Source: an uncultured delta proteobacterium
Lineage (GTDB): Bacteria > Myxococcota_A > Polyangia > Haliangiales > Haliangiaceae
Assembly (NCBI GenBank): GCA_963848295.1
Contig: CAWKDB010000010.1
Coordinates: 1,600,001 to 1,664,000 of the forward strand
Length of the DNA stretch: 64,000 bases
Direction of reading: 5' to 3'
Position numbers and translations under genes: made by a program. The notes under the pieces are model-generated. The model had not been told where the DNA came from and did no database searches. It was given only the letters and a program-made list of their open reading frames with translations. Position 1 is the first letter of the stretch, and every line of letters begins with the position of its first letter. Positions 58,209 to 64,000 of this stretch are shown piece after piece.

Positions 58209-59678
58209 ATGCGAAACCTGCTCGCGCTCGTCGCCGTCAGTTGTGGGTCCAGTCCGGCGCGTCCGGCCGAGCCGATCGCGCCAAGGCGCATTGTCGTGAT
58301 CGCGCCGACGGCACCGAAGGTCACGCCATTACCTGCGGTCGCCGCGGTGCCGAGCGCGAATCCGCCGTACATGGCGGGCGTGCGATCGGTGGTGCTGGTC
58401 AAGAACACCGCGTTGCGCAAGCAGCCGCGGCTCGACGCCGCGCTCGTCGGCATCATCCGCAAGGGCACTCACGCCGGTGTGCAGCAGGCGATCCTGGCGG
58501 GCGCCGATTGCCCGACGACCGACGGCGCCGAGGGCCGATGGATCGAGCTCGCGCCGCGCGGCTGGACCTGCGAGACCGCGGTCGAGCCGAGCCGCGACGC
58601 GCCGACCGTCGCGCCCGTCGCTTCACTCGATGACGACGGCTCGGATCCGGATCCGATCAAAGGCGTCTACGGCATGGTCCGCGGCGACACCGAAGCGTTC
58701 GCGAGTCGCGACGATGCCGCTGCCGACACGAATGGCCGGACGCTCGCCGGTTCGAACACGGTGCGCGCGGCCGGGGTGGTCGCGGTCGACGACCGCCGGT
58801 TCTGGCGCACGACCCAAGGCGAGCTGATCGACGAGAGCTCGATCATCCAGATCTCGCCGTCGCGGTTCAAGGGCGTCGCGATCGCGGACCCGACCGAGAT
58901 GCCCGCGTGGGTCCGCGCGCATCGCGATCCGTACAAGCCGGCGAGCACGCGCAACGCGCCGTCGCCGCGCGCGAAGGTCATCGGCTCGCTCGCGCCGCGC
59001 ACGGTCGTGACGATCCTCGAGACCTCGGATGACGGCCGGTTCGTCCGTGTCGATCTCACCGCACCGCCATTCGGCGGCGCTGCCGGCCGGGGACAAGCCC
59101 CGTCCGTCGGGGACGGCGCGTGGCTCGAGCGCGCCGACCTGCGGATCGCGACGGTCGCAGAGCCGCCGCCCGGGACGCGCGCCGACGAGAAATGGTTCGA
59201 CATCGATCGCGACGCGCAGATCCTCGTCGCCTACGAGGGCACGCGTCCGGTCTATGCGACGCTCGTGTCGACCGGCAAGTATCAACACGAGACGCCGACC
59301 AGCATCGCGCGGATCGCGTCGAAGCACGAGACCGCGGTGATGACGAGCGATGCGAGCAAGGGCTCGGTGTACTCGGTCGCGGACGTACCGTGGACGATGT
59401 ACTACGACCGCGACTTCGCGCTGCACACGTCGTACTGGCACGACGGCTTCGGCAGCCCGCGCAGCCACGGTTGCGTCAACCTCGCGCCGCGCGACGCTCG
59501 CCTGCTCTATCGCTGGTCGTCGCCAGACGTGCCGGCCGGATGGACCACGGTCTACGGCGACGCCGACAACCCGGGCTCGCTCGTCCGCGTGCGTTCGGCC
59601 GCGGCGCCCGACCCCGCGTTCCGCGGCTACGCGCGCGCGATGCACGAGCGCGACCAGCAAGTCGCGACCGCGCCGTGA
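58209..59678 (+). CDS. L,D-transpeptidase (YkuD) lipoprotein with SH3-like segments
   Basis: Lipobox 'AVSC'; 'LVSTGK', 'ALHTSYWHDGFG..RSHGCVNL'. Confidence 0.9.
   Translation: MRNLLALVAVSCGSSPARPAEPIAPRRIVVIAPTAPKVTPLPAVAAVPSANPPYMAGVRSVVLVKNTALRKQPRLDAALVGIIRKGTHAGVQQAILAGADCPTTDGAEGRWIELAPRGWTCETAVEPSRDAPTVAPVASLDDDGSDPDPIKGVYGMVRGDTEAFASRDDAAADTNGRTLAGSNTVRAAGVVAVDDRRFWRTTQGELIDESSIIQISPSRFKGVAIADPTEMPAWVRAHRDPYKPASTRNAPSPRAKVIGSLAPRTVVTILETSDDGRFVRVDLTAPPFGGAAGRGQAPSVGDGAWLERADLRIATVAEPPPGTRADEKWFDIDRDAQILVAYEGTRPVYATLVSTGKYQHETPTSIARIASKHETAVMTSDASKGSVYSVADVPWTMYYDRDFALHTSYWHDGFGSPRSHGCVNLAPRDARLLYRWSSPDVPAGWTTVYGDADNPGSLVRVRSAAAPDPAFRGYARAMHERDQQVATAP
59049..59105 (+). repeat. 57-bp palindromic repeat, copy C (in frame within the L,D-transpeptidase gene)
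   Basis: 49/57 nt identical to copy B without gaps; encodes VDLTAPPFGGAAGRGQAPS. Confidence 0.85.
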
Positions 59679-59779
59679 CTACGCCGTGCGCGCGACGGCG
59701 GTGGCCGACGTCCCGCGTCACGCCGGCTAGTCGACTTGCCAGCGCCGTGGCATCTGGTCGAAACCACAAGCCGAGGCGC

Positions 59780-59795
59780 AGGCACAGCGCGTGCT
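59780..59795 (+). promoter_or_regulatory. Putative sigma54 -24/-12 promoter
   Basis: AGGCACAGCGCGTGCT, with 13 nt between the GC and ATG 59808. Confidence 0.6.
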
Positions 59796-59807
59796 GTTGG
59801 ACCCACC

Positions 59808-61085
59808 ATGCGCAACCTGTTCGCCGCCGCCCTGGTCCTCTCGGCGTCTCACACCGCTCGCGCCGATGTGACGCGTTGCGCTGGAGGCGACGCACCAGTC
59901 GCTTACAACGTCAACGACATCGCGGAGCAGAGCGGCGACACCGGTTGGTTCCCGAGCGACACGACGGCGCAGCTCCGGTTGACCGGTCAGATCGTCGGCA
60001 CCACGAACGTGGCGATGGACCTCGCGCCGAGCGCGTGCTGGGACAACGGCATGGCGATCGGCGTGCCCGGGGCAAAGGGCAGCGGCACGCTCGATGTCGA
60101 GTACGGCGCGGATCTCCAGCTGTTCGGTCAGATCCACACCTCGATCCTCGGCGAGGCGATCGATTGGGAAGGCCAGATTCCGATCCCGTTCATTCCGACC
60201 GACCTGTTGCTCGCGGGCACGGCGTCGTTCGATCCCGTGATGCTGCCGGACTCGCCCGAGAAGTCCGTCAGCGTGTCGGACACGACCGACCCGATCACCG
60301 TGATCTCCACGAATCTGATCGGTGACCTGATCGATATCACCGGCATCTCGGGTGGTCTCTACGTCACGGTCCAAGGCCAGATGACGTCGACGTACACCAC
60401 GAACGCGGTCACGATCGGCGACGATGGCCAGATCACCTCGGCGACCGGGACCGCCGCGGTCACGACACCGAGCGGCGGCTACGGTCCGATGCTCGCGGTC
60501 GCCGCGAGCGCGACCGGCAACGTCCACTACGCGCCGTCGCTGATCTTCGCGGCGAACTTCGACGTCAAGATCCTCGGCATCAAGGTCGTCAACTACCAGA
60601 TCGCGAGCATCCAGATGCCGCTGTCGGCGATCGATCGCCCGATCTCGCTGACCGGCGCGGGCGCGCAGATCGGCTTGCCCCACATCGACACGCTGCCGCA
60701 GATGCTCGGCTTCGCGAGCGGCTCGGCGCAGCAGCTGACGTTTCATAATAGCGGCGCGGCGCCGCTGATGATCGAGATGGCGTCGGCACCGTCGGGCGTC
60801 ACCGCGGCGGCCATCACGATTGCTCCGGGCGCGAATGGCGCGGTCGAGGTCAACGCGGCCGACCCGGCCTCGGTGGGCAGCTCGGCGCTCGTGCTCGACA
60901 CCAACGACCCGAACAACCCGACCGTCACCGTCGAGCTCGACGCCTCGTCGACCGGCCAGACGAACCAGCCGGGCACCGACGGCGACGAGCCGGCCGGCTG
61001 CAACGCGGTTGGCAGTGCGCCCGGTGGCGGCCTGCTGCTCGTCGGCTTCGTAGTGTTCGCGGTCAACCGCCGCCGCCGCTCGTAA
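59808..61085 (+). CDS. Secreted beta-rich protein with Ig-like domain and MYXO-CTERM-like sorting signal
   Basis: Signal peptide; C-terminal 'AGCNAVG..GLLLVGFVVFAVNRRRRS'. Confidence 0.75.
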   Translation: MRNLFAAALVLSASHTARADVTRCAGGDAPVAYNVNDIAEQSGDTGWFPSDTTAQLRLTGQIVGTTNVAMDLAPSACWDNGMAIGVPGAKGSGTLDVEYGADLQLFGQIHTSILGEAIDWEGQIPIPFIPTDLLLAGTASFDPVMLPDSPEKSVSVSDTTDPITVISTNLIGDLIDITGISGGLYVTVQGQMTSTYTTNAVTIGDDGQITSATGTAAVTTPSGGYGPMLAVAASATGNVHYAPSLIFAANFDVKILGIKVVNYQIASIQMPLSAIDRPISLTGAGAQIGLPHIDTLPQMLGFASGSAQQLTFHNSGAAPLMIEMASAPSGVTAAAITIAPGANGAVEVNAADPASVGSSALVLDTNDPNNPTVTVELDASSTGQTNQPGTDGDEPAGCNAVGSAPGGGLLLVGFVVFAVNRRRRS

Positions 61086-61105
61086 GCTCGCGCTAGACTC
61101 GCCCG

Positions 61106-62146
61106 ATGCGCGTCGCGGTCACCGGTGGCACGGGATTCATCGGCAAGCGCGTCGTTCGAATCTTGCGCGCCCGTGGCCACGACGTCGTGTGCGTCGTCCG
61201 GAGCCCGGACAAAGCCGGCGCCTTGACCGACCTCGGCGCCTCGCTCGCCCGCGGCGACATCCTCGACGGCAAGAGCCTCGCCGCCGCGTTCGCGAATTGC
61301 GAGGGCGTGCTGCACATCGCCGCGAGCTACGAGCTCGGTGTCGTTGGCAAGAAGGCAAAGCAAGCGCTCGCGAAGAACCTCGACGGCACGCGGACCACGC
61401 TCGAGGCGGCGCGCGACAGTGGCGCGGCGAAGATCGTCTACACCAGCTCGATCGTGGTCTACGGCAATACGCGCGGCGAGATCGTGCCCGAAGGTTGGCG
61501 GCCGGAGCGGATCGCGTGTCCGAACCCGCACCCGACGTTCTACGCGATGAGCAAAGCGCGCGCGCACTACGACGTCGCGTTGCCCATGATCGAGGCCGGC
61601 GCGCCGATCGTGGTCGTGCAACCGGGTGCGGTGCTCGGGCCCCGCGACCACAGCACGTTCCGGATGTTGTGGCGGTTGATGGCCCGCGGTTGGCCCGCTC
61701 CGCTCGGCCGCGCGCGCTATGGCGTCGTCGACGTCGAGGACTGCGCGCTCGGCCACGTGCTCGCCCTCGAGAAGGGACGCGCAGGCGAGTGCTATCACCT
61801 CGTCGACCAGAACATCTCGATCCCCGAGCTGTTCGTGCGCGCCGCGCGGGCGAGCGGACTGCGCGCGCGACGGATCGTGCTTCCGTCGTGGATGCTGCGC
61901 TTCAGCGCCGCGATCAACTCGGTCGTCGAGCGCGTGATCCCGCTCCCCGAGTTCCTCAGCAGCGACGCGCTGCGCGGGATCGCCGGTTCGCTCACGCAGA
62001 TCGTCGAGACCCAGAAAGCGCGCGAGCATCTCGGTTGGACGCCGCGCCCGCTCGACGACACGCTGCGCGACATCATGGCCGACGAGCTCGTGCTGCGCGG
62101 CAAGAAGCTGCCGCCGCTGCTCGAGGGTGTGAAGCCTCGCGTCTAG
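61106..62146 (+). CDS. NAD-dependent epimerase/dehydratase (extended SDR)
   Basis: 'VTGGTGFIG', 'HIAA', 'YTSS', 'YAMSK'. Confidence 0.9.
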   Translation: MRVAVTGGTGFIGKRVVRILRARGHDVVCVVRSPDKAGALTDLGASLARGDILDGKSLAAAFANCEGVLHIAASYELGVVGKKAKQALAKNLDGTRTTLEAARDSGAAKIVYTSSIVVYGNTRGEIVPEGWRPERIACPNPHPTFYAMSKARAHYDVALPMIEAGAPIVVVQPGAVLGPRDHSTFRMLWRLMARGWPAPLGRARYGVVDVEDCALGHVLALEKGRAGECYHLVDQNISIPELFVRAARASGLRARRIVLPSWMLRFSAAINSVVERVIPLPEFLSSDALRGIAGSLTQIVETQKAREHLGWTPRPLDDTLRDIMADELVLRGKKLPPLLEGVKPRV

Positions 62147-62206
62147 CGCGTCGCTTCGAGCTCGCTCGAATACCAGCCACTCGCCGGACGTTGCTAGGAT
62201 CGCCGG

Positions 62207-63484
62207 ATGACGCGGACGAGCCTCTCGCTGATCGCACTGGCCGCGGTGGGTAGCGGCGACGCGCTCGCTACACCTGATGCCGACGTCGCGTACGCACGCT
62301 TGCTGTGCGCCGGACGTGCGCGGTGCAAGGTCGCTTCGGTGACGAAGGTCGACCCCGACGCAGGCCGAGCCCAGGTCGTCGTCACCGTGCTCACGAGCGA
62401 CCCTGATCCGGACGCGGCGTTCCCGGGCTGCACGCCCGCCGAGCACTGGCTCGTCACCGGCAGCGCCGACAAGCCGGCCCGCCGTCAGCTGCTCGCGAGC
62501 GGCTTCAGCGGCCAGTGCGCGTCGGTCGGTGACTCGGCGTCGATCTCGACCTCGACGTTCGACTACGAGGACATGTGCGGCGGCGGCCACGCCGATCACT
62601 ACACCCACGACAACTCGCTGACTCTCGCGCCGCTCGGCTTCGCCGCGGAGAACGGCTCCGATGCGATGCGGTTCCCCGACACGAACGTCGTCGACTCCAG
62701 ATGGAGCTGGCTCGACTTCGCGGGCAGCGGAAGCGCCGGCTACTTTCGCTGCGATGCCTCCGGCGACGCACTGCCGGACAACGCGCCCGCCGGGCCGACC
62801 GTAAAGTGGGTCACGGTGCCGGCGCTGCCGACGATCGTCCCCGGCGTGGTGCACCTCGGATCGTGCGCGACCTTCGTCGATGGCACGCGCAACGGATTCA
62901 CGATCCACGGCAAGCCCGGCGCGACCGCCGACGCGTCGTTCCGCGCGGTGATCGCCGGCCGCGAGCTGCTCGTCGAGGTCACCGACGACCACTGGGTCGG
63001 CCCAGGGAAGGACTGGACGTTCGACGACCACCTCGAGCTCTGGCTCGTCGACACCGCGTCGCCGCAGGTCCTCGATAAGTGCGAGGACCTCCACGCATCG
63101 GACGCCGAGCAGTGGGGGGTGCGCATCGCCGATGGCGCCGTGTTCTCGGCGTCGGGCCATCCGCGCGACAAGCTCTCGGTCCGACGCTCGCCGACGACCG
63201 CGAAAGACGGCGAGCCCGTGCTGCTCGCGATCACGCTCCCCGCTTGGTTCGACCCGAAGACGTCCGGCATCACGGTCGTGTACAGCGACTCCGACGACGG
63301 CGTGACGCAGAAGCGGTTGATCGCGACGAGCGAGCTCCAGTTCGCACAGCGCTGGACGATCGGCCACGTTCGCCGGATCGCGCCGCACGAGGCGAGCTGC
63401 ATCGTGAAAGACGGGCGACTGGAGCCCTCGCTCAATCACAAGTTCAAGCCCGACGACCCGCTCATCGGCGCACCCGACGACTGA
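62207..63484 (+). CDS. Hypothetical secreted protein, possible C-terminal CBM9-like domain
   Basis: Signal peptide; 'LLVEVTDD', 'DDHLELWL', 'VVYSDSD'. Confidence 0.55.
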   Translation: MTRTSLSLIALAAVGSGDALATPDADVAYARLLCAGRARCKVASVTKVDPDAGRAQVVVTVLTSDPDPDAAFPGCTPAEHWLVTGSADKPARRQLLASGFSGQCASVGDSASISTSTFDYEDMCGGGHADHYTHDNSLTLAPLGFAAENGSDAMRFPDTNVVDSRWSWLDFAGSGSAGYFRCDASGDALPDNAPAGPTVKWVTVPALPTIVPGVVHLGSCATFVDGTRNGFTIHGKPGATADASFRAVIAGRELLVEVTDDHWVGPGKDWTFDDHLELWLVDTASPQVLDKCEDLHASDAEQWGVRIADGAVFSASGHPRDKLSVRRSPTTAKDGEPVLLAITLPAWFDPKTSGITVVYSDSDDGVTQKRLIATSELQFAQRWTIGHVRRIAPHEASCIVKDGRLEPSLNHKFKPDDPLIGAPDD

Positions 63485-63495
63485 GTCGGTGCATC

Positions 63496-64000
63496 ATGTC
63501 GGCCATGTCCCACGAGCCGTCCTACGTCGAGGCCAATGGTCTGCGGTTCGCTTATCTCGAGGAAGGACGCGGCCCGCTCGTCCTGTTGCTCCATGGCTTT
63601 CCCGACACCGCGCACACGTGGGATCACGTTCGTCCGTTGATCGCCGCGAAGGGCTACCGCGCGGTGAGCCCGTGGACGCGCGGCTACGCGCCGACCGCGA
63701 TCCCCGAATGCGACGCCGACCTCGAGACGCTCGCGCGAGACGCGGTGGCGCTGATCGAGGCGCTCGGCGAGACCGAGGCGATCGTCATCGGTCACGACTG
63801 GGGCGGAGGCGCGGCCTACGCCGCGGCCTCGCTCGAACCCAAGCGCGTGAAGAAGCTGTTCGTCGTCGGCATTCCGCACACCGCGACCCTTCGGCCGTCG
63901 CCCCTGACGCTCTGGAAGGTGCGCCACTTCATCGCGTACAAGTGGAGAGGGGCGGCGCGGCGGTTCGCGCAGAATGACTTCGCGGCGCTGCCGCTGATCT
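63496..64000 (+). CDS. Epoxide-hydrolase-like alpha/beta hydrolase (runs off the window end)
   Basis: My translation gives '[12 protein letters not shown]', 'RGY' and 'GHDWGG'. Absent from the ORF track because there is no stop in the window. Confidence 0.85.
   Translation, partial: MSAMSHEPSYVEANGLRFAYLEEGRGPLVLLLHGFPDTAHTWDHVRPLIAAKGYRAVSPWTRGYAPTAIPECDADLETLARDAVALIEALGETEAIVIGHDWGGGAAYAAASLEPKRVKKLFVVGIPHTATLRPSPLTLWKVRHFIAYKWRGAARRFAQNDFAALPLI

Overview
This is GC-rich, densely coding bacterial DNA. It most likely comes from a Myxococcota genome, inferred from a MYXO-CTERM-like tail, myxobacterial Cys-rich repeats, three Hanks-type Ser/Thr kinases and FHA-sigma54 activators. I can support about 50 CDSs and saw no rRNA, tRNA, CRISPR array or transposase. 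The first 12 kb is a signalling and metabolic island: a degenerate citrate-synthase-fold protein, three histidine kinases, a sigma54 activator with no input domain preceded by a small RGPP-ending ORF, and a receiver domain fused to a ThDP-dependent enzyme next to a cytochrome P450. Five single-base indels cluster in the first 6.4 kb. The rest encodes secreted lipoprotein hydrolases (pepsin-like, GH5, clan GH-A, beta-helix, beta-propellers), helicases (SWIM-SNF2, XPB-like with DUF790, DEAD-box), kinases and an L,D-transpeptidase. Main findings: (1) a 57-bp two-hairpin repeat with compensatory base changes, lying in frame inside protein-coding genes in both orientations; (2) the REC-ThDP enzyme/P450 module; (3) a candidate ribosome-arrest leader peptide in front of the sigma54 activator; (4) many sigma54 and -10 promoter motifs placed to give essentially leaderless mRNAs. 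All family calls come from motif reading by eye; no database search was run.
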